Assembly: GCA_963705305.1 (NCBI GenBank)
Contig: OY970067.1
Span: 576,001-640,000 of the forward strand
Direction of reading: 5' to 3'
Length of the DNA stretch: 64,000 nucleotides
Source: an uncultured Methylomirabilota bacterium
GTDB lineage: Bacteria; Methylomirabilota; Methylomirabilia; Methylomirabilales; 2-02-FULL-66-22
Of this stretch, positions 24,197 to 33,763 are shown in pieces. Position 1 is the first letter of the stretch. Each line of letters opens with the position of its first letter. The position numbers were made by a program, and so were the translations under genes. The notes beneath the pieces were generated by a model. The model searched no databases. It was not told the origin of the DNA and saw only the letters and a program-made list of their open reading frames with translations.

Positions 24197-24754
24197 GTGA
24201 TCTCCAGCACCTTCGCCACCCCGTTTCGCGCCGCCAGCCGGGCCCGCCGGGCTCGGATGGTCTTCGCTCCCACTTTCTGCTGTTTCTGTCTGCTCCCGGC
24301 CGTTGCCTTCCCCGCCCCCCAGGTGTTCTTCTCCCCGGCTGGGGGCGTGCGCCAGCGGCTCCTGCAGGCAATCCAGGATGCCCGGCGGACCATCGACCTC
24401 GCCATCTACAATCTCACCTCGACCGAACTCGCGGAGGCTCTTCGAGCGGCCCAGGCGCGCGGCGTCTCCGTTCGCATCCTCATGGACCGGGAGAACCTCG
24501 ATGCGGGGAACGCGACCATCGGCCGCCTGCGACGAAGCGGTATCCCTGTGCGCGCGCTCGGGGTCCCCGAACATAGCCTCATGCACAATAAGTTCGCCAT
24601 CTTCGATGGCCGGCTCGCCGCGACCGGAAGCTATAACTGGACCCAGAGCGCCGAACGTGCCAACTACGAGAACCTCGTAGTGCTGGACGATCCCGAGGTG
24701 GTCGGGCACTTTCAGCGGGAGTTCCAGCGCCTTTGGCTGGGGGCCACCGAGTGA
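24197..24754 (+). CDS. Single-HKD phospholipase D / Nuc-like protein, probably exported (start uncertain)
   Basis: MHNKFAIFDG...TGSYNWT...NYEN; signal-like N-terminus. Confidence 0.85.
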   Translation: MISSTFATPFRAASRARRARMVFAPTFCCFCLLPAVAFPAPQVFFSPAGGVRQRLLQAIQDARRTIDLAIYNLTSTELAEALRAAQARGVSVRILMDRENLDAGNATIGRLRRSGIPVRALGVPEHSLMHNKFAIFDGRLAATGSYNWTQSAERANYENLVVLDDPEVVGHFQREFQRLWLGATE

Positions 24755-24891
24755 CGGAGGACTCGTCCGGTTCGGCCAGGCAAGAGAAGGGGGTGCGGAA
24801 TTTTCTTGTCGCCGCCTTGCCCGTCTGCTACATAAAGATTGGAAGGTAGTTGCGGCTCTCTCAGCTTCATGGCCTCCAACGTGGAGGAGAG

Positions 24892-25893
24892 ATGCGCGGG
24901 GTCCATTTCCGGGTTGTTCTGGCGACATGTCTCCTTCTCACTGCGCTGCTTTCCTTGCCGCCGGCCGCGCCGGCCGGCGCCGCCGACCACGTGCCCGCCG
25001 CCTCCTCCTTCCCGAATCCGCCGACGCTCCGGGCCAACGTCGAGTTCTGGAGACAGATCTATTCAGAGTTCGGCGTCGGCGACTTCGTCCTGCACGACCG
25101 CGACAATTTGGAGGTGATCTACGGGGTGGTGCGGGTGCGTGAAAGCAGGAATGCCGCCCGCGCGGCGGCGGCGGCCAAACCGGAAATCGATCGGCTCCGC
25201 TCGCAGTACGAGACGGTCTTCGCCAGGTTGGCGGATGGCACCCCCCCGGAGGAGTTGGGCGACGCCGGGCAACGAGTCGCCCGGCTATGGGGATGCCCCT
25301 GCGCGCCGGATGTGTTGCTCCGGGCTGCCTCCAACATCCGGGTTCAGCAGGGACTCCGCGAGCGGGTGGAGGAGGGCCTGCGTCGTGCGCGGACGCTGCT
25401 CCCCCGCATGCTCGCGATCTTGCATCAACACGGTGTGCCGCCGGAGCTGTCCGCCCTTCCCCTGGTGGAATCCAGCTTCAATCCCGCGGCCCGATCCAAA
25501 GCCGGGGCCGTCGGCCTCTGGCAATTCCTCCGGTCCACCGGGAGGCGATACCTCACGATCACGCGTCGCCGCGACGACCGGCGAAATCCTCTGAAGGCCA
25601 CCGAGGCGGCCGCGCACCTGCTGCGACACAACTACGAAACCCTCGGCTCCTGGCCGCTGGCCATCCTGGCCTATAACCATGGAACCCAGGGAGTTTGCAC
25701 CGCTCGACAGGCGGTCGGCAGCGACGCCATCGAGGATATCATCGCGGGGTATTCGGGGCCGCGGTTCGGATTCGCCTCCAAGAACTTCTACGCGGAGTTC
25801 CTGGCCGCGCTCGAGCTCGTCCAGCCCCTGATCCTTCAGCAGGCGCCCCCCGGGCGCCTGGCGCAGCACTCCCGGTCTCGTCCAGAGAGTTAG
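24892..25893 (+). CDS. Lytic transglycosylase (SLT/MltD-like, no LysM)
   Basis: VESSFNP, GAVGLWQF, AYNHG motifs; signal peptide. Confidence 0.88.
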   Translation: MRGVHFRVVLATCLLLTALLSLPPAAPAGAADHVPAASSFPNPPTLRANVEFWRQIYSEFGVGDFVLHDRDNLEVIYGVVRVRESRNAARAAAAAKPEIDRLRSQYETVFARLADGTPPEELGDAGQRVARLWGCPCAPDVLLRAASNIRVQQGLRERVEEGLRRARTLLPRMLAILHQHGVPPELSALPLVESSFNPAARSKAGAVGLWQFLRSTGRRYLTITRRRDDRRNPLKATEAAAHLLRHNYETLGSWPLAILAYNHGTQGVCTARQAVGSDAIEDIIAGYSGPRFGFASKNFYAEFLAALELVQPLILQQAPPGRLAQHSRSRPES

Positions 25894-26021
25894 CCCCAAT
25901 CCGAGAATATCTCACCACCAAGGCGCCAAGGATTGCACGGCTGGAATAGGCGCATGCCGCCGTCCGTCTGCCGCCGGACCTCAGCCGGCCGCCGGCGGGT
26001 CGTTGCGGCGGGCTATTGCGC

Positions 26022-26783
26022 TCACTCGGATGCCAGGCGATACCCCACACCGGGTTCCGTCAGGATATAACGTGGGCGGGCCGGATCCGCTTCCAGTTTC
26101 CGGCGGAGTTGAGCCATATAGACCCGCAGGTAGTGCGTCTGCTCGGTATAGGTTTGCCCCCAGACCTCGCTCAGCAGCTGGCGGTGGGTCAGCACTTTCC
26201 CGGAGTGTTGCAAGAGGGTATGCATGAGCCGGTATTCGATGGGAGTCAGGTGGACTTCCTGTCCATTCACCCGGACGCGCCGATACGCCAGGTCCATCTC
26301 GATGTTCCCCATGGAGAAGACGGAGCTGCCCGGGTCCTCGCCGACCTGGGCAGCGTGGCGCATCGCGACCCGCATTCGCGCCAGCAGCTCCCCGATCCCG
26401 AACGGCTTGCTCACGTAATCATCCGCCCCGGCATCCAACGCGGCGATCTTGTCAGGCTCGAGGCCTCTCGCCGATAAGACGATAATCGGCACGCTCGTCC
26501 ACTCCCGCAGCCGCCGGATCACCTCCAGCCCGTCCATATCCGGGAGCCCGAGGTCGAGGATGATGATGTCGGGCGTGCACGTGGCGACCTGGGTCAGCCC
26601 TGCCTCGGCCGTCTCCGCCTCGAAGAGCCGAAATCCCTGGCTCGTGAGGGCCGCCCGGAGGAATCGCCGGATTTCCTCATCGTCCTCGATGACGGCCACC
26701 GCCGCCCCACTGCCCGCCTCAAGGCTTTGAGGCGACGCCTGGTCCGGCACATCCGATGTCATGGACTTCGCATTCTCAATCAT
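26022..26783 (-). CDS. kdpE: KdpE response regulator (OmpR family)
   Basis: LDLGLPDMDG, ALDAGADDY, YLRVYMAQLRRKLEADPARP, TEPGVGYR motifs. Confidence 0.92.
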   Translation of the reverse strand: MIENAKSMTSDVPDQASPQSLEAGSGAAVAVIEDDEEIRRFLRAALTSQGFRLFEAETAEAGLTQVATCTPDIIILDLGLPDMDGLEVIRRLREWTSVPIIVLSARGLEPDKIAALDAGADDYVSKPFGIGELLARMRVAMRHAAQVGEDPGSSVFSMGNIEMDLAYRRVRVNGQEVHLTPIEYRLMHTLLQHSGKVLTHRQLLSEVWGQTYTEQTHYLRVYMAQLRRKLEADPARPRYILTEPGVGYRLASE

Positions 26784-28377
26784 CTGTCACCCTAATGTCC
26801 GGCGGGGCATCCACCAGCGGCAGCCGGAAACGGAACGCCGCGCCGCCCCCCGGACGGTTCTCGGCCCAGATATGCCCACCGTGCGCCTGAATGATGCCCT
26901 GGCAAATGGAGAGTCCAAGCCCGGCGCCGCCGCGGCGCCCGACCGAGGACCCACGATAGAACTTCTCGAACACCTGCCCTTCCTCCGCGGGCGCCAACCC
27001 GGGACCACGGTCCAGCACCTCGACCACAATCGTTCCGTCCGCCACCGCGGCTCCGAGCTCGATGGGGCTGTCCGGCGGCGAGTACTTGATCGCATTGTCC
27101 AGGAGATTGATCAACACCTGCTCGATCAGGAGCCCATCCAGGCGGACCAGCGGCAGGTCCGATGGCAGGCGGGTGATGAGCTTCCGATCCCGGAGATATC
27201 GCTCCAGTTGCGCCAGCGCGGCCCCTATCACCTCCTCCAACGGATACCATTCGGCGCGAAGCTTGACGGCGCCCGCTTCCAGACGGGTCATCTCCAAGAG
27301 GTTGCCGACCAGCCGCGCCAGCCGGTCGGCCTGCTCCTGGATCATGATGGTCAATTCGCGACGCGTTTCACGATTCAGGCGCCCCTCGTCTTCCAGGAGG
27401 CTGCTGGCGGCACCGGTGATGGCCGCCAGCGGCGTCCGGAGGTCATGCGACACCGAGCTGAGCAGAGCGTTCCGCAGCCGCTCGGTTTCGACGCGCATGC
27501 GGGCCTGCTGGGCCTCCTCGACCAAGGCGACGCGCTCGATGGCCAGCGCTGTCTGGTTTGCAAAGGTCTCCAGCAGGTGCAGCTGCTCGGAGGTCAGGGC
27601 CGGCGGCGCCTGCGCCAGCCGTACGCCCAGGACGCCGATCGTCCCTCGCGGAGCCGTGAGGGGGACGCAGGTTCGCCGCGCCGCGGGGAAGCGCTTCGTG
27701 CCGGACCCAGCCGGCTGGCTGTTCTGATACACCCACTCAACCACCTCCAGCTCGTCCGGAGTCAACGACGGGCCCTCCCCCCCGTTGCGCTCTTCGGCCA
27801 AGCGACCGTTCGCATCCGCCAGCAGCAGGAGGTTATCCAGCGGAAACACCTCATGCATATGGCGGAGGGTCACTCGCGACACGTCCTCGACGCTGCGGGC
27901 GCCCGCCAGATCGCGACTCATCGCGTAGAGGGCCGCGGTGCGCCGCTCGCGCAGCTCGGCGGCCTCCGCGTGTGCCTGCGCGCGAGCCGTCAGGTCGCTG
28001 ATCACGACGGTCACAACCAGCATCACCGCTAGCGTCAGCAGGTACTGCGTATCGGAGGCGCCAAACGTGAAGTAGGGATGGACAAAAAAGAAGTCGAAGG
28101 CCGCTACGCTCATGGCGGACGCTAGGAGGGCGGGCCCGCGTCCATACCTCAGCGCGACCACCACCACCCCTAAGAGATACACCATGATCAGGTTGGCGTG
28201 CGAGAAGTGATGAAACATTATCCAGGCGACGGCCGTGCAGATTGTGACGACGCCGAGGCTGTGGAGGTAAAGCTTCCCCCGGCTCGGGCTGGTTGTCCGG
28301 CGGAAAGTGGAAGATTCCGCGTCGCTCCCGGCTCCGGGTGCCATGAGGACTGGCTGCTGCGGTGCGGGTCGCGCCAT
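26776..28377 (-). CDS. kdpD: KdpD-like kinase lacking the N-terminal KdpD/Usp domains (4TM, GAF, HK)
   Basis: NLIMVYLLGVV, FDFFFVHPYFTF, LRNALLSSVSHDLRTPL; only 533 aa. Confidence 0.85.
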   Translation of the reverse strand: MARPAPQQPVLMAPGAGSDAESSTFRRTTSPSRGKLYLHSLGVVTICTAVAWIMFHHFSHANLIMVYLLGVVVVALRYGRGPALLASAMSVAAFDFFFVHPYFTFGASDTQYLLTLAVMLVVTVVISDLTARAQAHAEAAELRERRTAALYAMSRDLAGARSVEDVSRVTLRHMHEVFPLDNLLLLADANGRLAEERNGGEGPSLTPDELEVVEWVYQNSQPAGSGTKRFPAARRTCVPLTAPRGTIGVLGVRLAQAPPALTSEQLHLLETFANQTALAIERVALVEEAQQARMRVETERLRNALLSSVSHDLRTPLAAITGAASSLLEDEGRLNRETRRELTIMIQEQADRLARLVGNLLEMTRLEAGAVKLRAEWYPLEEVIGAALAQLERYLRDRKLITRLPSDLPLVRLDGLLIEQVLINLLDNAIKYSPPDSPIELGAAVADGTIVVEVLDRGPGLAPAEEGQVFEKFYRGSSVGRRGGAGLGLSICQGIIQAHGGHIWAENRPGGGAAFRFRLPLVDAPPDIRVTDD

Positions 28378-28624
28378 CGCACTCCCGTTGTGACTGCTGT
28401 CCGGCGGCCCGGTCTCGATCCGCTCTACCGGGCCGGGCGGATTGATCGGGGCATTATACCCCGCCCTGAAGAATTATTGTAGGGGTGTGCTCGAAAAGAA
28501 TGGAATGGCGGCGAACCTCGCCGGTCGGCCTGGGCTGTAGTCGGAATTCCTCTCGCGAGAGAGAAGGGCGTGGCAGGGGGGACCGGGAGCGCGCGTTGCG
28601 GGGCCAGCCGGCCCTCTCGCAATC

Positions 28625-28915
28625 TCATCCATCCTCCTCCGCGGGATCCACCTCGTACCCACGCCCCTCCAATTCCAGGGCGAACAGGGCGAGGAGGCTG
28701 ATCGTGGAGGGGGCCTCCACCCTCGGTTCCGCCTGTGCTGCCCATTCAAGGTGCTCCGGAGGGTGGACGGGGATGCTCTGTGGCGTTTTCAGAACCTCGT
28801 CGGCTGCCGCCCTGAGATCTGGATCATCAGTCTCGACCGCAAGGGATTGCCGATCGGCTCGCCAGCGACCGATTACCTGAGAGGTCCCCCGTCGTCGGAT
28901 CGTTCCTTCCTGCAT
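28625..28915 (-). CDS. Hypothetical protein
   Basis: ATG ORF with protein-like composition filling the gap between kdpD and the FadR gene. Confidence 0.5.
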   Translation of the reverse strand: MQEGTIRRRGTSQVIGRWRADRQSLAVETDDPDLRAAADEVLKTPQSIPVHPPEHLEWAAQAEPRVEAPSTISLLALFALELEGRGYEVDPAEEDG

Positions 28916-29018
28916 CGAAAGCCCCCCGAGCCACGCAAGCGCTGGCGATCTTAAAGCGGACTAAGACGATACAAATTGATTGACCGGTTCCACTAAGGGG
29001 GTAATATAAATTTAGGGA

Positions 29019-29045
29019 TGGTCTGACACCTGAACCATCAGACCA
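29019..29045. promoter_or_regulatory. Putative FadR-family operator (autoregulation)
   Basis: TGGTCTGA...TCAGACCA inverted half-sites just upstream of the regulator start. Confidence 0.6.
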
Positions 29046-29069
29046 GATCATCCAGGAGGATCGTACACG

Positions 29070-29879
29070 ATGGGTCTCCGGGTCGTCAAGAAGACGCGGA
29101 TTTACGAAGACATCGTGGAACAGATCCGGCAGCTCGTGGCCCATGGACACCTAAAGCCGGGGGACCAACTCCCCCCCGAGCGAGAGCTCTCCGACAAGTT
29201 CCAGGTCAGCCGGGCTTCGGTCCGGGAAGCTATCCGCGCCCTGGAATCCATGGGGCTGGTGACCAGCCGGTCGGGCGAAGGAACCTACGTCGCGACCAGC
29301 ATCGAAGCCATCTTTGCCCCGCTGGCAGCGGCCCTCTTGAAAGGGAAGGACACCCTGATCCACATCTTCGAGGCCCGGAAGGTGCTCGAGCCCGAAATCG
29401 CCGCCATAGCGGCCGAGCGGGCAACGCCGGCGGAGGTCAGCAATCTGACCCGCATCTTGCGAGAGCAAGCCCAGGCTATCGCCTTTGGAGGCACCGGGGT
29501 GGAAGCCGACAATGCGTTCCACTCAGCCTTGGCCCACGCCACCAAGAACACTTTCTTCCTGCGCCTCAACGACACGATCGTCGACAGTCTCATCGAAGCC
29601 CGAAGGCAGTATCTGCAGACGCCCGGCCGGGCCGCCCGATCGCTGGCGGGTCATCGCGAGATCCTGAAAGCCATCCAGGCCGAGGACCCGGACGCGACCA
29701 AGCGTGCCATGCTGGCGCACCTTGAGACCATCGAAGAGAGCATTCTGTTCAAACCAACCACGCACACCAGGAAGGAGGCGGCAACCGCCAAGAACGGGTC
29801 CTGGTCATCTAGCGGGAGGGCTGTGGGAATCGAAGGGCTCCCACGGAAGAGGAGGAATGGATATGACCGGCTCGGTTGA
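29070..29879 (+). CDS. FadR/GntR-family transcriptional regulator
   Basis: LKPGDQLPPERELSDKFQVSRASVREAI wHTH plus FCD domain. Confidence 0.93.
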   Translation: MGLRVVKKTRIYEDIVEQIRQLVAHGHLKPGDQLPPERELSDKFQVSRASVREAIRALESMGLVTSRSGEGTYVATSIEAIFAPLAAALLKGKDTLIHIFEARKVLEPEIAAIAAERATPAEVSNLTRILREQAQAIAFGGTGVEADNAFHSALAHATKNTFFLRLNDTIVDSLIEARRQYLQTPGRAARSLAGHREILKAIQAEDPDATKRAMLAHLETIEESILFKPTTHTRKEAATAKNGSWSSSGRAVGIEGLPRKRRNGYDRLG

Positions 29880-31029
29880 AGTCGTCTACCGGGGAATCTT
29901 CCAGAAACACCTGGGACAGCGCATCACCCGCGCGGTGGTCCTGGCCGCCGTCAAGGAAGGCAAGGTCGGGATCTCCTTCGGGCGCTACGGAGACTCGCCG
30001 GAGCGAAACGGCATCCCGGCGAAGAGCTTCGCCGTGGTGGCGGATACGGAAGAGGAGCTCCAGGCGCACCTGGCCCGATATGAACCCAACAACAACGACA
30101 TCACGGTCGCCGTGGATGACACCCTGTGCAAAGGGGTCGAGTCCTGGGCCTGGTATGGTCTGCAGCCGATCAACAAGCTGACGCGTCCCGGCGGAACGGT
30201 GCTCGTCACCTCGATCCAGGCCCCCGAGGAGCTGATCAAGGATTGCCACCGGAAGGACGCGGAGTGGAACCTGGCCGTCCTCAAGGGAACGGCCAGCTTC
30301 TCGGGGCTCTGGGTGTACAAGGATGACCACACCGACGTGCGGGTGCTGGGGGCCATCGCCAAGTTGGCGCCGCACGTCGTCAAGCTCGAATCGGTAGAGG
30401 CCGCCATCCGGGACGAGTGGAATGACGAGCTCAAGGTGGCCTCGGCCCGCAAGGCATACGAGCGGGTCCAGAGCCGTCGGGTCGGGCCGAACGAAGGCAA
30501 TGCCGAGAAGCCGTACGAGTTCCGGCTGCTCACGTGGCAGGAAATGAAGGAGGGACTGGTCATCCCCGGCATCCCCGTCAAGCAGGAGGTCGAAGGGTGG
30601 GACGGGGGCTATCGCCCGGGCCGGAATCCCACCTTCAAGAAGTTCTCCACGCGCACCATGCGGCCGGTGGTGGACTTCGACATCTGCACCAAGTGCACGC
30701 TCTGCTGGCTGCAGTGTCCTGATTCCTGCTTCGACGTAACGCCCAGCGGCCACTACGACGCCAACATGGAGGCGTGCTGCGGCTGCGGCGTCTGCGAGGC
30801 GGTCTGCCCGGTGGAGCACTGCGTCACCATGGTGAACGAGCAGGTCTTTCAGGACAACGCCAGCCAGTTCGAGGCCTACGAGAGGGACAGGGAGGCCTAC
30901 AAGGCCTGGGTCAAGCAGGCGATCGAGAATAAGACCGTCACCCACCGGGAGCACGGCTTCCGCTACCCGGGGCAGTATCAGGAGGAGATCGCCGAGGCGG
31001 CCGTACGCGGCGAGGGGGCCGGCGACTGA
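29863..31029 (+). CDS. 2-oxoacid:ferredoxin oxidoreductase fused gamma-delta subunit, oxalate oxidoreductase-like
   Basis: YGDSPER gamma-type domain fused to CTKCTLCWLQCP and CCGCGVCEAVCP 2x[4Fe-4S] motifs. Confidence 0.85.
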   Translation: MTGSVEVVYRGIFQKHLGQRITRAVVLAAVKEGKVGISFGRYGDSPERNGIPAKSFAVVADTEEELQAHLARYEPNNNDITVAVDDTLCKGVESWAWYGLQPINKLTRPGGTVLVTSIQAPEELIKDCHRKDAEWNLAVLKGTASFSGLWVYKDDHTDVRVLGAIAKLAPHVVKLESVEAAIRDEWNDELKVASARKAYERVQSRRVGPNEGNAEKPYEFRLLTWQEMKEGLVIPGIPVKQEVEGWDGGYRPGRNPTFKKFSTRTMRPVVDFDICTKCTLCWLQCPDSCFDVTPSGHYDANMEACCGCGVCEAVCPVEHCVTMVNEQVFQDNASQFEAYERDREAYKAWVKQAIENKTVTHREHGFRYPGQYQEEIAEAAVRGEGAGD

Positions 31030-31131
31030 CCGCTCGGACCTCGTGGAGAGGGGCGGCGCGGTCCGTTCGGTTCTTCCGGACCGGCACCCGCCGCTGGATC
31101 GACGTATCGGGATCACCATGGAGGTGACGAA

Positions 31132-32355
31132 ATGAGCACAGCGACCGTATCGGCGCCCGTCGCCGAGAAACAGATGTTGATGAGCGGCTGTGCCGCCATC
31201 GCTCAGGCCTTGCGCCTCGCCAACCTGGATGTCGTGACCGCGTATCCTATCCGTCCCTACGACACCGTGATGCAGGCGGTGGCCAAGCTGATCGCCAACG
31301 GCGAGCTGGATGCCGAGTACATCGTGGCCTCCAGCGAGCACGACCAGTTCGAGATCGTCAAGCACGCCTCCGCCGTGGGTGCCCGTGTGTTCTGCGGCAG
31401 CAGCGGCGTGGGCTGGATGTACGCCATGGAAGCCCTGGCGGTGACGCCTGCCCTGCGCCTCCCCCTGCTGGCGCTGGTGGGAAACAGGGCCCTGGACGAC
31501 CCGGGGGCCTTCGGCTGCGAGCACAACGACGCCCTCTGCGTGCGGGACCTGGGCTGGATGCTCACCTGGGTGGACACCGCCCAGGAGGCGCTGGACACCG
31601 CCCTGATCTGCTACCGGGTGGCGGAGGATCCGCGCGTCTTCCTGCCCTGCGCCATCGGCGCGGATGGGGCCTTCCTCACCCACTCCGAGGCCATGGTGAA
31701 GGTCCCCACGCAGGACCAGGTGGATCGCTTCCTTCCCAAGTACGACCGGGGAGACAAGCTGCTCCACCCGGACAACCCCATCACCGTGGCACCCCAGGCC
31801 AACGAGGACTGGGTGATGGAGATCCGGAAGCAGAACGACGAGGCCATGCGCCGGGCGCGCGGGGTGATCCAGGAGGCGTACCAGGACTATCACCGGATCT
31901 TCGGCCGCCAGGAGGGCAACCCCTTCGTGGAAGAGTACATGACCGAGGATGCCGAGGTAATCCTGTTCGGCCAGGGCACGCTGTCCCTGCCGGTGAAGGT
32001 GGGGGTGCGGAAGCTCCGGGAACAGGGCCACAAGGTCGGCTTCGTACGCCTGCGCTGGTTCCGCCCGTTCCCGACCCCGGAAGTCCAGAACGCCCTGCGG
32101 CGGACCAAGGCCGTGGGGGTCATCGACCGCGACTACTCGTTCGGGTCGCCGAACCACGGGGCGGTGCTCTACAACGAGGTCCGCTCTGCCCTCTACGACC
32201 TGGATCAGCGGCCGCACGTGATCAGCTACATTTGCGGTCTGGGCGGCCGGGAGGTGACACTGGACAGCGTGACCGAAATGAGCGAGATCCTACTGAAGAT
32301 CGCCAAGAGCGGCAAGGTGGAACAGCCCAATTACTGGATTGGGGTGAGGGGGTAA
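31132..32355 (+). CDS. Oxalate oxidoreductase-like alpha subunit
   Basis: YPIRP in place of PFOR YPITP; SEH, GSSGVG, NRALDDPG, FRPFP motifs. Confidence 0.85.
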   Translation: MSTATVSAPVAEKQMLMSGCAAIAQALRLANLDVVTAYPIRPYDTVMQAVAKLIANGELDAEYIVASSEHDQFEIVKHASAVGARVFCGSSGVGWMYAMEALAVTPALRLPLLALVGNRALDDPGAFGCEHNDALCVRDLGWMLTWVDTAQEALDTALICYRVAEDPRVFLPCAIGADGAFLTHSEAMVKVPTQDQVDRFLPKYDRGDKLLHPDNPITVAPQANEDWVMEIRKQNDEAMRRARGVIQEAYQDYHRIFGRQEGNPFVEEYMTEDAEVILFGQGTLSLPVKVGVRKLREQGHKVGFVRLRWFRPFPTPEVQNALRRTKAVGVIDRDYSFGSPNHGAVLYNEVRSALYDLDQRPHVISYICGLGGREVTLDSVTEMSEILLKIAKSGKVEQPNYWIGVRG

Positions 32356-32360
32356 TCGCC

Positions 32361-33419
32361 ATGGCGACAGGAACAGAACTGACCGTAGTTCCGACCCAGA
32401 TGTTGAAGCCCTTCAAGGGCGTGAAGAACGTCAGCGTCGAGGAGTATTTCACCTCGGGGCACCGCACCTGCCAGGGCTGCGAGTCCGCCCTGGTGATGAA
32501 GCTGATGGTCAAGGCTGCCGGTCCCCGAACCATCGTCCTGGGCTCGACCGGCTGCATGTACGTGGCCAACACGACCTACTACTCCACCTCCTGGGTGGTG
32601 CCCTGGATGCACACCCAGCTCGGCGCCTCCGGCTCGGCTGCAATGGGCACCGCCGCGGGCCTGAAGGTGCTCATGCGCAAGGGGCGCATCAAGCAGGAGC
32701 CGATCAACGTGATTGCCTTCTGCGGCGACGGCGGGGGGGCGGACATGGGGCTGTCCTCCATCTCGGCGGCCCTGACCTACCCGGAGTACAATTTCCTGAT
32801 CCTGATGTACGACAACGAATCCTACGCCAATACGGACATCCAGCTTTCCAGCATGACCCCCTACGGGGCCAACACCACCTTCTCCCCCCCGGGGAAAGCC
32901 CGGCGGCTCCTCCACACCCGCTGGAAGAAGAACGTCGCCGGCATGCTGGCGGCGGGCCATCCGGAGTGCCGCTACGTGGCGACCGTGGATGCCTCTTACG
33001 CCCTGGAGATGATGAACCGGGTGCGGAAAGCCCTCTCTATCGGCGGCCCCACCTTCATCCACTCCCTGGACCCCTGCCCCAAGGGCTGGGATTACGACCC
33101 GTATATCTCTCACGAGCTGGGCGAGCTGGCCGTGGAGACCGGCGTCTGGCCGCTCTTCGAGGTCGAGGACGGCGTTCTTCGGTTCTACGGCAAGTCGAAG
33201 GCCATCGCCCAGGGCCGCAAACGGAAGCCCGTCCGGGAGTACCTCCTCAAGCAGGGGCGTTTCGCCCACTTCACCGAGGAGGATATCGACTACTTCCAGA
33301 AGAAGATCGACCTGATGTGGGAGCGGTGGATGCTGCCCGGCGTCGCTGCCTTCACCTTGTCGGACGACATCCGCAAGACCTTGGCCAAGTCGGAGGCCGA
33401 GCTGGCTTCCGCCAAGTAG
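32361..33419 (+). CDS. Oxalate oxidoreductase-like beta subunit (TPP-binding)
   Basis: GHRTCQGC, GCMYVANT, GDGG, DNESYANT, PCPKGW motifs. Confidence 0.88.
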   Translation: MATGTELTVVPTQMLKPFKGVKNVSVEEYFTSGHRTCQGCESALVMKLMVKAAGPRTIVLGSTGCMYVANTTYYSTSWVVPWMHTQLGASGSAAMGTAAGLKVLMRKGRIKQEPINVIAFCGDGGGADMGLSSISAALTYPEYNFLILMYDNESYANTDIQLSSMTPYGANTTFSPPGKARRLLHTRWKKNVAGMLAAGHPECRYVATVDASYALEMMNRVRKALSIGGPTFIHSLDPCPKGWDYDPYISHELGELAVETGVWPLFEVEDGVLRFYGKSKAIAQGRKRKPVREYLLKQGRFAHFTEEDIDYFQKKIDLMWERWMLPGVAAFTLSDDIRKTLAKSEAELASAK

Positions 33420-33433
33420 AGACCGGGAGGTGC

Positions 33434-33471
33434 GGCAAACGGGGCGTTCCGGAGGGAACGCCCCGTTTGCC
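33434..33471 (+). terminator. Strong hairpin after the oxidoreductase operon
   Basis: 17-bp perfect stem GGCAAACGGGGCGTTCC, loop GGAG; weak U-tract. Confidence 0.6.
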
Positions 33472-33562
33472 TTCCGCGCCGTCTCTGTCTCCGCTGTCTG
33501 GCCTTCCTGCGACTCCGCCTCCCCGGCCTGTTCATGCCTCGATTCGACCCATGTGATGGAAC

Positions 33563-33573
33563 TGGTCTGACCA
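33563..33573. promoter_or_regulatory. Putative FadR-family operator TGGTCTGACCA
   Basis: Palindrome matching the half-sites at 29019-29045. Confidence 0.65.
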
Positions 33574-33680
33574 TTTGGCCGGCCTCTTCACATCGTTTGG
33601 TCTGGCCCCAGGCAGAGCAGGCTGGTTTTCATCCTTCAACTGATCAAAGGCCGGCCTGGCCGGAAATGAGCTGCCGGAAT

Positions 33681-33709
33681 TTGACAGGCGGACGGAGCCC
33701 TGTTACCCT
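33681..33709 (+). promoter_or_regulatory. Putative sigma70 promoter for leader 1 / oxlT-1
   Basis: TTGACA-N17-TACCCT with extended -10 TG. Confidence 0.6.
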
Positions 33710-33763
33710 TATATTGTCTTGATGCCTCCGGAGAGTCGATGGCGGCCTGGAGGGGCATTCGAA

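Noticed and set aside
24197..24754. Anti-phage defence system built on the PLD nuclease
   Set aside because: Single small signal-bearing HKD protein with no helicase, methylase or other defence neighbours.
29761..29879. Functional C-terminal extension of the FadR regulator
   Set aside because: A low-information tail running into the next gene's RBS; probably a lost stop or read-through rather than a domain.
31132..33419. Calling the enzyme a standard pyruvate:ferredoxin oxidoreductase
   Set aside because: YPIRP rather than YPITP, the fused gamma-delta subunit and the adjacent OxlT-like carriers point to the OOR-like group.
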